Part shown: positions 9,144 to 18,701 of the stretch, one piece after another
Layout of the letters: each line of letters opens with the position of its first letter
Position numbering within the stretch: position 1 is the stretch's first letter
Assembly: GCA_964359735.1 (NCBI GenBank)
Contig: CAYHTZ010000004.1
Coordinates: 409-64,408, forward strand
Direction of reading: 5' to 3'
Origin: an uncultured Candidatus Saccharibacteria bacterium
Lineage (GTDB): Bacteria > Patescibacteriota > Andersenbacteria > UBA10190
Length of the DNA stretch: 64,000 nucleotides
Notes under the pieces: model-generated
What the model saw: the letters and a program-made list of their open reading frames with translations, nothing else
Databases searched by the model: none
Told to the model about the DNA's origin: nothing
Translations under genes and position numbers: made by a program

Positions 9144-9554
9144 CTACTTTTTGGGGCATTGTCGGAACTGCCAGCCACAGTGGCCATCGGGGAAACGTAC
9201 ACATGCTGGGCCGCCAATTGTTCCGTCGGCGCAGTAAAAGTTAGGCGCTCCTGGAAACGGCCGAGGACACTCCGTCTGCAGATTGCATGGCTTCCCCGTG
9301 ATTGCGGTGGGCGCGGGTGGGGTACTAGGTTGAGGTGTGATCGTGGGATAGGTAAAGAGATTAATGAAGGTGCGAGGGACAGGAACAGCGCTGAACGTAG
9401 CGGGGCGGGGGAGCCAATTCATGACGAAATTAATAAATGTTTTGGGGGCGGGGACGTTGTAGAATGGCTGGCTTTGGGCTGCAAGAGCAGGTACAGCGAG
9501 GGTACTCGCGGCCAGCGCGAGCGAAAAAATCAGAAAACTTTTGGGAGATGTCAT
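9144..9554 (-). CDS. secreted hypothetical protein with internal repeat and 6-Cys C-terminal domain
   Basis: signal peptide, duplicated VP-P[KR]TFIN motif, P/T linker, six Cys in the last ~50 aa. Confidence 0.7.
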   Translation of the reverse strand: MTSPKSFLIFSLALAASTLAVPALAAQSQPFYNVPAPKTFINFVMNWLPRPATFSAVPVPRTFINLFTYPTITPQPSTPPAPTAITGKPCNLQTECPRPFPGAPNFYCADGTIGGPACVRFPDGHCGWQFRQCPKK

Positions 9555-9611
9555 ATTGATACGCGCTGTAGTTTACATCGAAAATCCTTCGCAGTCAAGG
9601 GTTACAGATTT

Positions 9612-11309
9612 TTAGGATTCTTTCCAGATGCGCTGGGTGCGGACGTGCCAGGCCTCCACGTGGTTAAAGCGGGAAGCGGGCAGATCTCCATAATGTATTT
9701 CTACCCCGCGCACTTTGCCTTTCTGAGCGAAAAGGTAATACGGGCGGTAGAGAATGACGGCCGGATTGAGGTCAAGAATTTTTTCTTGAAATTCAATGTA
9801 TTTCTCACGGCGCTTGCCCGCATCGGGTTCCTTGCGCGCCTCTTCCAGGAGTTTATCTACGGCTTGGTCTTTGAAGAGGGCGAGGTTGAGTCCTGGGCTC
9901 CTTGTTTGCGTGGAGTGCCAGAACGGGTACGGGTCGGGCTGAGCCGGCAGGATTTCACCGAAGAGGAGGACTTCATAATCGCGCGGACGCACAGCGGTTT
10001 GCTGAATGGTGCCAGCGCCTAAGCTTTCAATTTCGGTTTCAACGCCGATCTTGAGCCACTGCTGCTGAATGAGCTCGGCGGTGCGGATGTATTCCGGCCA
10101 ATCGGTGGTCGTAATTTTCAGATGCAGGCGCTTGTTTTCTTTTTCCCGGATGCCGTCGCCGTCGGCATCTTTCCAGCCGGTATCTTCCAGATTCTGTTTG
10201 GCGGCGTCGGGGTTGTACGCGGGGTTGCCGAATTCTTCATGGTAGGCGAAGACTCCCGGCGGAATGGGGAGGTGGAGGACATCGGCTTCGCTGCCTAAGG
10301 CTTCCTTCACAATGGTTTCCCGGTCGGTGGCCAGCGCCAGCGACGAGCGCAACCCCGCATCCGCGAGAAGCTCATTTTTATTTTGATTAAAGAAGAGGGC
10401 GAAGTACTGCGGAATGAGTAAGCGGTGGACGTTATAGGAAGCGCGCCACTTCACGTCGTTCGCGAGCTGCAGCGGCAAGAAGCTCACGCCATCGACTTGG
10501 CTCGAGAGCAGCGCCTGCATAGCTTCCTCGTGAGTGGGATAGAAGAGGAAATCGATTTCATCCAGGTACGGTTGTTGCTGGTAATAACGGTCATTGCGCA
10601 CCAGCGTGACGCCGGTGATATCACCCGTTTTGCGGCGAGTGGTAATTTCAGAGAATTTGAACGCGCCAGTGCCCACGGGCTTTAAGATTTGCTCGGCCAG
10701 GGAGGTGTTCTTCGGGGGAATGTCTTCCCAGACATGCTGGGGAGCGATGCCCACCGTGAGGCTGTTGAGGAAGAGAGCGTACGGCTGCTGGAGCGTGAAG
10801 CGGACGGTGTAGTCATCCACTTTTTCAACCTCCACTCCTTGAAAAGATGAGAGCAGGGGAGAAGCGTAGTCAGGCGTTTGAATGCTGCGGATCGTAAAGA
10901 TGACATCGTCAGCGTTAAACGCCTCGCCATCGTGCCAGACGACATCGCTGCGGAGTTTCACCGTGTAGGTTTTTTGATCGGGGGAGATTTCGTAGCCAGC
11001 GGCCAGGTCATTTTCGAGCTCAAGATTCCGATTGAGTTTAACCAGGGAGGAATATACGAGGCGGGTGATGTCGAGATCCAGGTCGCTGGTGGAGGCCAGG
11101 ATGGGGTTCAAGTGGCGAGGTTGCCCCACGGCGGCTTCGCGGTAGACGCCGCCGGTCTGGGGTACGACGGTGGTGTTGCGGCCAATGTACCCAGTGATAC
11201 TGAGGATAGCTGAGATGAGCAAGACAATGCCTAGGGTAGCAAACGCAGCCCGCTCGCGGACGGTCATCTGAAACCAGAGGGAGCGCAGACGTTCAGGAAC
11301 GAACTTCAT
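9612..11309 (-). CDS. ABC transporter substrate-binding protein, family 5 (OppA/DppA-like)
   Basis: N-terminal TM, LNPIL, WHDGEAFNADDVIFT, PVGTGAFKF, DPYPFWHS. Confidence 0.9.
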   Translation of the reverse strand: MKFVPERLRSLWFQMTVRERAAFATLGIVLLISAILSITGYIGRNTTVVPQTGGVYREAAVGQPRHLNPILASTSDLDLDITRLVYSSLVKLNRNLELENDLAAGYEISPDQKTYTVKLRSDVVWHDGEAFNADDVIFTIRSIQTPDYASPLLSSFQGVEVEKVDDYTVRFTLQQPYALFLNSLTVGIAPQHVWEDIPPKNTSLAEQILKPVGTGAFKFSEITTRRKTGDITGVTLVRNDRYYQQQPYLDEIDFLFYPTHEEAMQALLSSQVDGVSFLPLQLANDVKWRASYNVHRLLIPQYFALFFNQNKNELLADAGLRSSLALATDRETIVKEALGSEADVLHLPIPPGVFAYHEEFGNPAYNPDAAKQNLEDTGWKDADGDGIREKENKRLHLKITTTDWPEYIRTAELIQQQWLKIGVETEIESLGAGTIQQTAVRPRDYEVLLFGEILPAQPDPYPFWHSTQTRSPGLNLALFKDQAVDKLLEEARKEPDAGKRREKYIEFQEKILDLNPAVILYRPYYLFAQKGKVRGVEIHYGDLPASRFNHVEAWHVRTQRIWKES

Positions 11310-11833
11310 GAGGTGAGATTAATAAGATTTTCCCTCCAACGCGAGGTGATGCCGTAGTCGTAATAGAGAGGAGGGCTATTAGCGCAAAGGAGGGTATTCC
11401 GCTCCTTGTTTTGATCTTGTTCAAGGATGGCGTAAAGCTCGAAGACGGCTGGGCTTCTTTTCCAATAGAAATAATCATATATTCGGTCCCACTTCGCTGA
11501 AGCTTCGCGGGGCTGCTGACCCGCTAGCGGGTCAGCAGGAAATGGCTTCGCTTCATTGCCGTACTTATTGTTCTGCTGGCGTAAGGCTAGCTCAATTTGG
11601 TCGCGCACAGTCGTATTCTTCGGATCATTTAAGAGGCCGCACCACGAAGTATTTTCATAGGGCGGGACAGTGCCGTGAAGTTCCCGCGCGAAGAACAGGC
11701 TTTGCTCAACATCAGCTAGATGGTGTTTGCGAATGGTATCGCGCGCTTGTTCACTTGCTCGGTTCAACAGAAACACGCCTCCCAAGATAGTGATGACTAC
11801 GCCGAACACGAGCGGCAGTTGGGAAGACCTCAT
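11306..11833 (-). CDS. membrane-anchored pilin/pseudopilin-like protein
   Basis: N-terminal hydrophobic helix then ARDTIRKHHL, PADP, FELYAILE pattern. Confidence 0.5.
   Translation of the reverse strand: MRSSQLPLVFGVVITILGGVFLLNRASEQARDTIRKHHLADVEQSLFFARELHGTVPPYENTSWCGLLNDPKNTTVRDQIELALRQQNNKYGNEAKPFPADPLAGQQPREASAKWDRIYDYFYWKRSPAVFELYAILEQDQNKERNTLLCANSPPLYYDYGITSRWRENLINLTS
11487..11516. repeat. 30-bp palindromic element, divergent copy
   Basis: TCCCACTTCGCTGAAGCTTCGCGGGGCTGC; shares CCCACTTCGC...CGCGGGG with 55072-55101. Confidence 0.75.
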
Positions 11834-11839
11834 CGGAGA

Positions 11840-12055
11840 TCACCTTATGAATAGGTGGGCAAAGGCAATGAGAATAAACAGAACAGCCGTGACAATGGTT
11901 CCCTGGAAGATGCGCTTTTCCCCTCCCCGGCGTACGTAGAATCCTTCGGCTCCGCCGCCGAAAGCGCTCCCTAAGCCTGCGGAGCGGCTCTGCATGAGAA
12001 TCAGGGCGGTTAGCACTACACTTACGATGATTAAGATGATATTAAGCCAAAGCAT
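11840..12055 (-). CDS. secG: preprotein translocase subunit SecG
   Basis: two TMs, ILMQSRSAGLGSAFGG, RRGGEK. Confidence 0.93.
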   Translation of the reverse strand: MLWLNIILIIVSVVLTALILMQSRSAGLGSAFGGGAEGFYVRRGGEKRIFQGTIVTAVLFILIAFAHLFIR

Positions 12056-12118
12056 ATGTTCTATAACTTTACCACAGTACTGACCGTTACCTTCCCCGTC
12101 AACCGTTGACCGGGGTGG

Positions 12119-13999
12119 CTAAAGATAGTCTTGTAAAGCGGCAGTTTTGGACTTGCCTATGGTCTGCTCGAGCTCTTCCCGGCTGGCGCCGCGGATGTTT
12201 TGTACAGAACCAAAACGCTGGAGCAATTGCTTTTTTGTTTTCGGTCCGATCCCAGGAATATCATCGAGCAGGGAGCGCGTGGCGCGCTTATTGCGAAGCA
12301 GCCGATGGTAGGAAATGGTAAACCGGTGGGCTTCATCGCGCATACGCTGAATCAAGAATAGGGCATCGGAGTTGTAAGGGAGGCGAACGGGAGTTTTTTG
12401 CCCAGGCACGAAAATTTCTTCCTCCCGCTTCGCCAGGGCAATGACTGGGACCTGGACATTCAACTCTTCAAGGACACTTTTGGCGGAAGAAAGCTGGCCT
12501 TTGCCGCCATCGATGATGACCAGGTCCGGCAGGCGCCAGTCGGGGTGGCGGCCGCCGAAACGGCGGGTGAGAGCTTCGCGAATGGCAGCAAAATCGTCGG
12601 GCTTAGGCGGAGATGCGCCCTCCACATCGGTGGGCGACTGCTGAGGCAGCAGTCGGAATTTGCGGTACTGGGAGCGGTTAGGCTTGCCGCCTTCGAAGAC
12701 CACCATGGAGGCGGTGGGCAGGGTACCCTGTATATTGTAAATATCGTTGGTTTCGACCCGCCACTTCGGGGGGCCCGCCGATGGGGCGGGTTCGACTCCA
12801 ACTGCTCGGAAAAGTTCCTCGGTAGCTTTTTGCAGGCGAGTGTCGCTTTCGAATTGGATTTCTTCTTGTCGCAGCAATTCTTTGGCATTCATTTCCCCCA
12901 TTTCGAGAAGTTGGCGCTTCTTACCGCGCTCGGGCTTCGTTAAGGTAGGCGGGGACTCTCCATTAATCCACCGCGCGAGGGCAACTTCATCACTTAATGC
13001 CTCCGGGACATAAATAACTTTGGGAATGTCTTGAGCGACGCTGTAGTACTGCAAGATAAATTGGCGCAGGGTGTCGGCGAGAGGCGTCTCCGAGCGATGC
13101 TGGAGTAAAAACGTTTGCTTGCCCAAGAGCTTCCCCTCGCGAACTTGGAACACATTGGCGGCGCTGCGCGTACTGGCGCGGGCGAGGCTCACGGCATCAA
13201 ATGATTCTTTGGTGGGGAGGAAAACTTTCTGGGTGCCTTCGAGGCGCTCGATAGCTTGCAGCTGGTCGCGGAAGGTGGCGGCGCGTTCGTAGTGACCCTC
13301 CTGTGCGGCTGCCTCCATGCCGGCACGAAGGGTGCGCATAATTTCTTCGCGCTGGCCGGAGAGGAAACGGATGACGTTTTGAATGTTCTGGAGATACTGC
13401 TCATGCACCTCATCCGGTCGCTGACGACCGGCTTCTCCTTCGTAAGGAGAAGCACCTCTCCTTGAGAAGGAGAGGTCGTCTGCTTTTGAGGTGGGTGAGG
13501 TAAACAGCGGATGCGGAAATATAATATCGTGCGGGGAATCTTTTTCGCCTTTATATGGAAATAGTCTGCGGAGTAAACGAAGCGTAGAGCGCACAGACTG
13601 AGAGGAAGAATACGGCCCGAAGTAACGCGCACCATCGCGGTTCACGCGCCGGACAGGAAAAACGCGCGGGTATTCTTCGTTGGTCGTGATTTTAATGAAG
13701 AGGTAGTATTTATCGTCGCGCAGCACCACGTTGTAGGGCGGCTGGCGTTTGCGGATGAGATTGGCTTCGAGAACCAGCGCTTCGGTTTCGTTATCGGTAG
13801 AGATGGTTTCAATGCTCTTGATGAGCTTCACCATTTGCTGCTTGGCAGCATCAAGGGAAGCGAGCGGACGGAAGTACGATCGCACGCGGGCAGAAAGCCT
13901 TTTGGCTTTGCCCACGTAGAGAATGCCTCCCTGGGCGTCTTTATAGATGTAGATGCCAGGGGTCGTGGGCAAGGCGGCGAGTTGTTCGGTGACCTTCAC
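12119..13999 (-). CDS. uvrC: excinuclease ABC subunit C
   Basis: GIY-YIG (PGIYIY..YVGKAKRL), UVR domain, PDLVIIDGGKGQ, RDEAHRF, HhH; start GTG 13999 preferred (ATG 14011 alternative). Confidence 0.95.
   Translation of the reverse strand: MKVTEQLAALPTTPGIYIYKDAQGGILYVGKAKRLSARVRSYFRPLASLDAAKQQMVKLIKSIETISTDNETEALVLEANLIRKRQPPYNVVLRDDKYYLFIKITTNEEYPRVFPVRRVNRDGARYFGPYSSSQSVRSTLRLLRRLFPYKGEKDSPHDIIFPHPLFTSPTSKADDLSFSRRGASPYEGEAGRQRPDEVHEQYLQNIQNVIRFLSGQREEIMRTLRAGMEAAAQEGHYERAATFRDQLQAIERLEGTQKVFLPTKESFDAVSLARASTRSAANVFQVREGKLLGKQTFLLQHRSETPLADTLRQFILQYYSVAQDIPKVIYVPEALSDEVALARWINGESPPTLTKPERGKKRQLLEMGEMNAKELLRQEEIQFESDTRLQKATEELFRAVGVEPAPSAGPPKWRVETNDIYNIQGTLPTASMVVFEGGKPNRSQYRKFRLLPQQSPTDVEGASPPKPDDFAAIREALTRRFGGRHPDWRLPDLVIIDGGKGQLSSAKSVLEELNVQVPVIALAKREEEIFVPGQKTPVRLPYNSDALFLIQRMRDEAHRFTISYHRLLRNKRATRSLLDDIPGIGPKTKKQLLQRFGSVQNIRGASREELEQTIGKSKTAALQDYL
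12752..12796. repeat. two tandem 17-bp hairpins between TTCGAC direct repeats inside uvrC
   Basis: CCCGCC-acttc-GGGGGG (12757-12773), CCCGCC-gatgg-GGCGGG (12774-12790). Confidence 0.65.
13408..13476. repeat. triple-hairpin element inside uvrC
   Basis: perfect stems of 7 bp (13414-13431), 10 bp (13431-13453) and 10 bp (13454-13476). Confidence 0.85.
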
Positions 14000-14061
14000 G
14001 CCAGCGAGCATACTGCTCTTAGCGTTGCCCCACAAGCAAATTTCCCGTATACTGCCCGTTT

Positions 14062-16932
14062 ATGGCTAGTGAAATCGTTATCAAAGGGGCGCGGGTACAT
14101 AATCTCAAAAATATTTCTCTGACTATCCCGCGGGATAAGCTCATTGTCTTCACTGGCCTTTCCGGCTCGGGGAAATCTTCGCTGGCGTTCGACACACTCT
14201 ACGCAGAAGGGCAAAGGAGATACGTAGAAAGCCTTTCGGCCTACGCCCGGCAGTTCTTGGGGCTCATGGACAAACCTGATGTCGACCAGATCGACGGTTT
14301 GTCTCCAGCGATTTCGATAGACCAGAAATCCACTACGCGCAATCCGCGGTCTACAGTAGGGACGGTTACAGAAATTTATGATTACTTGCGTCTACTGTTC
14401 GCTCGTGTAGGAGTACCCCATTGCCCCCAGTGCGGAAGGCCGATTGAGCGTCAGTCCGTGAAGCAGATGGCGCAACAGGTGTTGGAGCTGCCGAAAGATA
14501 CACGCATCTTGATTTTGGCGCCGCTGGTACGGGATCGTAAGGGAGAACATAAAGATGTCATTCGCGAGGCGAAGCTGGCTGGGTATGCGCGGGTGAGAGT
14601 TGACGGCACCGTGTATAGCATGGAAGAGGCAGAAGATTTGCGGCTGGATCGGCAGAAGCGGCACAGCGTGGAAGTGGTAGTCGATCGTTATTTCCTGGAA
14701 GAAAAACCTGACCGGCCGAGGTTGACAGATTCTTTGGAGACGGCACTGCGGCTCGGTAATGGATTGGTAGTCGTACAGAATCTGGAAACAAAAGAAGATA
14801 AGCTGTACTCGGAAGCGTTCGCCTGCCCGGTGGACGGCATCAGCATTCCGGCGTTAGAGCCGAGAGATTTTTCTTTCAACTCGCCACATGGCGCGTGCGC
14901 CGATTGTACGGGGTTGGGAAGCAAGCAAGAGATTGACCCGGATTTAGTGATACCGAACCGCAAGTTGAGTTTGGCAGAAGGAGCAGTCAAGCCTTGGAGT
15001 AAATCGGGCAGGAGCCGATGGTATGACCGGCTGCTCGCCGCACTTTCGCATGAGCTTGGATTCTCAATGGAGGTGCCGGTCTCTCGCCTCTCCGCTGCTC
15101 ACGTGAAAGCGATTTTGTACGGAGAAAATATTCCCATCTCCATCCGCACGCGCGGGGGTATGTGGGAGACGACTTACGAAGGCGTCGTGCCGCAGCTCTT
15201 TCGGCGGTACAAAGAAACTGAATCAGATTACACCCGCGCGGAGATTGAGCAGTTCATGGTAGAGAGGCCGTGCCCGACGTGCCAGGGAAGGCGGCTTAAG
15301 CCAGCGCCATTGGCCGTCACCATAGCGAATAAAAACATACACGCGGTGGTGAGCTTAGCTATTGATGAGACGTTGGGGTTCTTTAAAAACCTGCAGAGCC
15401 CCCAGCCTTCGCGTAAAGCTTCCACCTTCGCTAAAGCTTCGGTGGACAAGTCGGCCGGGCTCACTACTCAACAGCATGTTATCGCCAAGCAAATTTTGAA
15501 AGAAATTGTGGCGCGACTTACCTTCCTGCAAGATGTCGGGCTCTCGTATCTGACACTGGACCGCCGAGCCGGCACCTTAGCCGGGGGAGAAGCGCAGCGT
15601 ATCCGCTTGGCGACACAGATTGGGTCGGGCTTAGTGGGCGTGCTCTACATTTTAGATGAGCCTTCGATCGGCCTTCACCAGCGGGATAACAGCAAGCTTA
15701 TCCAGACGCTGCTGCGGCTGCGCGACATGGGCAACACGGTGGTAGTGGTGGAGCATGATGAGGAGACAATCCGCAGCGCCGACCAAGTGGTGGACATCGG
15801 GCCAGGGGCGGGCGATCACGGCGGCAAAGTTATTTTCCAAGGTACGCCCAAGCAGCTCAATCACAGCAGCACGCTTACCGGTAAATATCTTTCGGGGAAA
15901 CTTTCCATACGCACCCCGCGGCAGTACCGCCCGGGCCACGGCCAGAAGATCACGGTGGTAGGTGCGAGCGAGCATAACTTGCGTGATGTGACAGTGGATA
16001 TTCCGCTGGGGACGTTTACGTGTGTCACTGGGGTCTCTGGTTCAGGGAAATCTACCCTAATTAATGATGTACTTTCCAAAGTATTAGCGCGCGAGTTTCA
16101 CCGCGCGAAGGTTGTACCCGGGGAACACAAAGCGGTGAAAGGTCTGGAACACTTGGATAAGGTTATCACTATTGACCAGTCGCCTATCGGCCGCACCCCG
16201 CGCAGCAACCCTGCCACCTACACGGGGCTCTTTACTCCCATTCGGGAGCTCTTTGCTTCAACGGAGGAGGCCAAAGTGCGCGGGTATAAAGCGGGGAGAT
16301 TTTCTTTCAATGTGAAGGGAGGGCGCTGCGAGACGTGCCAAGGAGACGGCGTGCTTAAAATAGAAATGCACTTCTTGCCCGATGTATACGTGGAGTGTGA
16401 TGAGTGCCATGGCAAGCGCTACAACGCCGAGGCGCTGGAGATAGAGTGGAAGGGTGTCAATATTTCCGATGTGCTCGAGATGACAGTCGAGAGCGCGCTT
16501 AAATTCTTCCAGGCGCTCCCTAGCATTCGCGATAAATTGCAGACATTAAATGATGTGGGCTTAGGCTACATACACTTGGGACAGCCGGCGACGACACTTT
16601 CGGGAGGGGAAGCGCAGCGCATTAAACTGGCCACCGAACTTTCACGGCGCGCTACAGGGAAGACGCTCTACATTTTGGACGAGCCCACGACGGGCCTTCA
16701 CTTCGATGACGTGCGGCGCCTCCTAGCTGTGCTGCAAGAGCTGGTGGATAAGGGGAATACCGTGCTCATTATCGAGCACAATCTAGACGTCATAAAATCG
16801 GCGGACTACATTATTGATCTTGGGCCCGATGGCGGCGGCGCAGGCGGCAGAATTGTGGCCACCGGCACGCCCAACGAAGTCGCCAAAGTAAGAGAAAGCT
16901 ATACCGGGCAGTACCTCAAGAAGGTGTTATAG
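14062..16932 (+). CDS. uvrA: excinuclease ABC subunit A
   Basis: two Walker A motifs ([16 protein letters not shown]), zinc-finger CxxC pairs, [16 protein letters not shown]. Confidence 0.98.
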   Translation: MASEIVIKGARVHNLKNISLTIPRDKLIVFTGLSGSGKSSLAFDTLYAEGQRRYVESLSAYARQFLGLMDKPDVDQIDGLSPAISIDQKSTTRNPRSTVGTVTEIYDYLRLLFARVGVPHCPQCGRPIERQSVKQMAQQVLELPKDTRILILAPLVRDRKGEHKDVIREAKLAGYARVRVDGTVYSMEEAEDLRLDRQKRHSVEVVVDRYFLEEKPDRPRLTDSLETALRLGNGLVVVQNLETKEDKLYSEAFACPVDGISIPALEPRDFSFNSPHGACADCTGLGSKQEIDPDLVIPNRKLSLAEGAVKPWSKSGRSRWYDRLLAALSHELGFSMEVPVSRLSAAHVKAILYGENIPISIRTRGGMWETTYEGVVPQLFRRYKETESDYTRAEIEQFMVERPCPTCQGRRLKPAPLAVTIANKNIHAVVSLAIDETLGFFKNLQSPQPSRKASTFAKASVDKSAGLTTQQHVIAKQILKEIVARLTFLQDVGLSYLTLDRRAGTLAGGEAQRIRLATQIGSGLVGVLYILDEPSIGLHQRDNSKLIQTLLRLRDMGNTVVVVEHDEETIRSADQVVDIGPGAGDHGGKVIFQGTPKQLNHSSTLTGKYLSGKLSIRTPRQYRPGHGQKITVVGASEHNLRDVTVDIPLGTFTCVTGVSGSGKSTLINDVLSKVLAREFHRAKVVPGEHKAVKGLEHLDKVITIDQSPIGRTPRSNPATYTGLFTPIRELFASTEEAKVRGYKAGRFSFNVKGGRCETCQGDGVLKIEMHFLPDVYVECDECHGKRYNAEALEIEWKGVNISDVLEMTVESALKFFQALPSIRDKLQTLNDVGLGYIHLGQPATTLSGGEAQRIKLATELSRRATGKTLYILDEPTTGLHFDDVRRLLAVLQELVDKGNTVLIIEHNLDVIKSADYIIDLGPDGGGAGGRIVATGTPNEVAKVRESYTGQYLKKVL
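15401..15460. repeat. nested pair of 30-bp palindromic elements in uvrA
   Basis: inner TCCACCTTCGCTAAAGCTTCGGTGGACAAG (15421-15450) splits outer CCCAGCCTTCGCGTAAAGCT|TCGGCCGGGC. Confidence 0.88.
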
Positions 16933-18701
16933 TGGGGTTGATGGACAGAAAGCTGCTTTGGTTTGGGCTGGCGGTGTTTGGAGTGGTAGTGGTGGCGATA
17001 GGGTATCGGTTTTACGATCTGCAAAATTACCCGTCGGGGCTTTTTCCGGATGTGGCCGCGAATGGGGAAGATGCGCTCAATATATTAAACGGAGATTATC
17101 GGCCCTTTTTTGAGCGCGGCAACGGTAGGGAAGGGCTTCTGTTCTACCTGGACGCGCTGGCAATCAAATATCACGGCGTAGGCGTGTGGCAGATGTACGT
17201 GCCAACGGCAGTGATCGGCGTCCTGACGGTGATTGCTATATATTTTGCGACGCAGTCATTCTTCGGTAGGCTAGCGGGGGTACTGGCTGGCCTCTTTGCG
17301 GCCACCAGCGCCTGGCACGTGACCATCTCGCGGACTGGTTTTCGCGCGATACTCGCTCCCCTATTCCTGGCTGCTTTCACGGCGTTTGTTGGTTATGCCA
17401 TTGCCTCAGCGAAAGATCGTAAAGTGAAAGCTTCCTATATGTATGCGGTGCTGGCCGGTATTTCGTTCGCCGGAGGGTTCTACTCGTACATTGCGTACCG
17501 AGCCATGATCGGCGTGGTGTTGGGAATAGTGGTACTCCTCTTGCTGGCCTCAGCTCATAAGAAAGTTGGCTTCCCGCATTTTCGCCGCTACGGCGGGCAA
17601 ATGGTGGCTGGGTTGCTCTCTGCGCTCGTGGTATTGGCTCCGCTGGCAGGCTACTTTTTCCAACACCCGGAAGCGTTTATGGGGCGGGCAGGGCAAGTGT
17701 CAATTTTCAACCCTGATTTGCAGCGGCAGGTGGGAGTGGGGTCCCCTGCGGAGGCGCTGGTGTATTCCACGCGAGAATCTTTGAAAGGGTTTTTCGTGGG
17801 TGATGGCGACGGCAACTGGCGCCATAGCGTGGCTGGCTACCCGCTCCTTAATCCCCTGGTTGGCTTGCTCTTTTTATTTGGATTCGCCTGGACGCTGGGA
17901 GGAACAGTAGGGGTGCTTTGGAGATTTTCCCATGGGGAAGAGGTTCACTTAGGTATGGTCTACCCCTATTTACTCCTCCTGTTCGTTGGCATGCTCCTGC
18001 CAGTGGTAACAACGGCAGAGGGTATTCCTCATGGGCTGCGCAGCCTGGGGATGTTCTTCCCTATTATGGTGCTGGCGGGTACAGCCGGAGCGGTGGTCGT
18101 TCACTGGATACAACGGAGGCTGACATCAGAGCTGATGCGGAGCGTGGGGTATGGGTTAGTGGCGGGAGCGCTAATCATAGCGAGCGTGTACGATGGCGCG
18201 TTGTACTTCTTCGTCGCGCGCAACACAGCCCCCGCACACGCGGCGTACCGAGCCGATCTCACCGAAGTGACCAAATTCTTAACTGACTGGCGCCAGCAAA
18301 ACCCAGGCAGCCCACGTCCCTACCTTGTTTTAGATGCTTTCTCTGCAGAGGTGGTCCATTTCTTACAACATGAAATTCACCCCGATGGATCTACTGCCCC
18401 GCCACCACACGGTCCCCTTACTCCCGACGCTCACCCAGATGCAGCGCAGCACATCTATACCCTGCTGAAGCCCGAAGTTAGCCATGAAGTAGAGTTGGCA
18501 GCGGGGGAAGTGATCGTGTTCACGCAATCTACTCTCTCTGACGCCAGCCGTTACGCGGCTACTCACCCGGGCGTGGAGGTAGTGGAATCGCGCGCCAATC
18601 GATTTGGACAGGAAATCATGCGGGTGTACCGCGCAGCCGACGCTGCGCTGCGCCCGGCGCCGTCGGCGCCTGCGGAACCTGCCTTTGATTTAGATGCCTA
18701 A
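16932..18701 (+). CDS. GT-C fold membrane glycosyltransferase (ArnT/PMT-like)
   Basis: many TMs, P-GL-PD-A-NG loop, WHVTISRTGFRA; exact start uncertain. Confidence 0.8.
   Translation: MGLMDRKLLWFGLAVFGVVVVAIGYRFYDLQNYPSGLFPDVAANGEDALNILNGDYRPFFERGNGREGLLFYLDALAIKYHGVGVWQMYVPTAVIGVLTVIAIYFATQSFFGRLAGVLAGLFAATSAWHVTISRTGFRAILAPLFLAAFTAFVGYAIASAKDRKVKASYMYAVLAGISFAGGFYSYIAYRAMIGVVLGIVVLLLLASAHKKVGFPHFRRYGGQMVAGLLSALVVLAPLAGYFFQHPEAFMGRAGQVSIFNPDLQRQVGVGSPAEALVYSTRESLKGFFVGDGDGNWRHSVAGYPLLNPLVGLLFLFGFAWTLGGTVGVLWRFSHGEEVHLGMVYPYLLLLFVGMLLPVVTTAEGIPHGLRSLGMFFPIMVLAGTAGAVVVHWIQRRLTSELMRSVGYGLVAGALIIASVYDGALYFFVARNTAPAHAAYRADLTEVTKFLTDWRQQNPGSPRPYLVLDAFSAEVVHFLQHEIHPDGSTAPPPHGPLTPDAHPDAAQHIYTLLKPEVSHEVELAAGEVIVFTQSTLSDASRYAATHPGVEVVESRANRFGQEIMRVYRAADAALRPAPSAPAEPAFDLDA

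Noticed and set aside
8964-10022. 352-aa plus-strand ORF and other long antisense ORFs (e.g. 2542-3216, 43245-44006)
   Set aside because: They shadow well-supported genes on the opposite strand and carry no recognisable motifs.
12094-12115. CCCCGTCAAC-C-GTTGAC-CGGGG hairpin after the uvrC stop
   Set aside because: Single copy; cannot be told apart from a terminator or chance structure.
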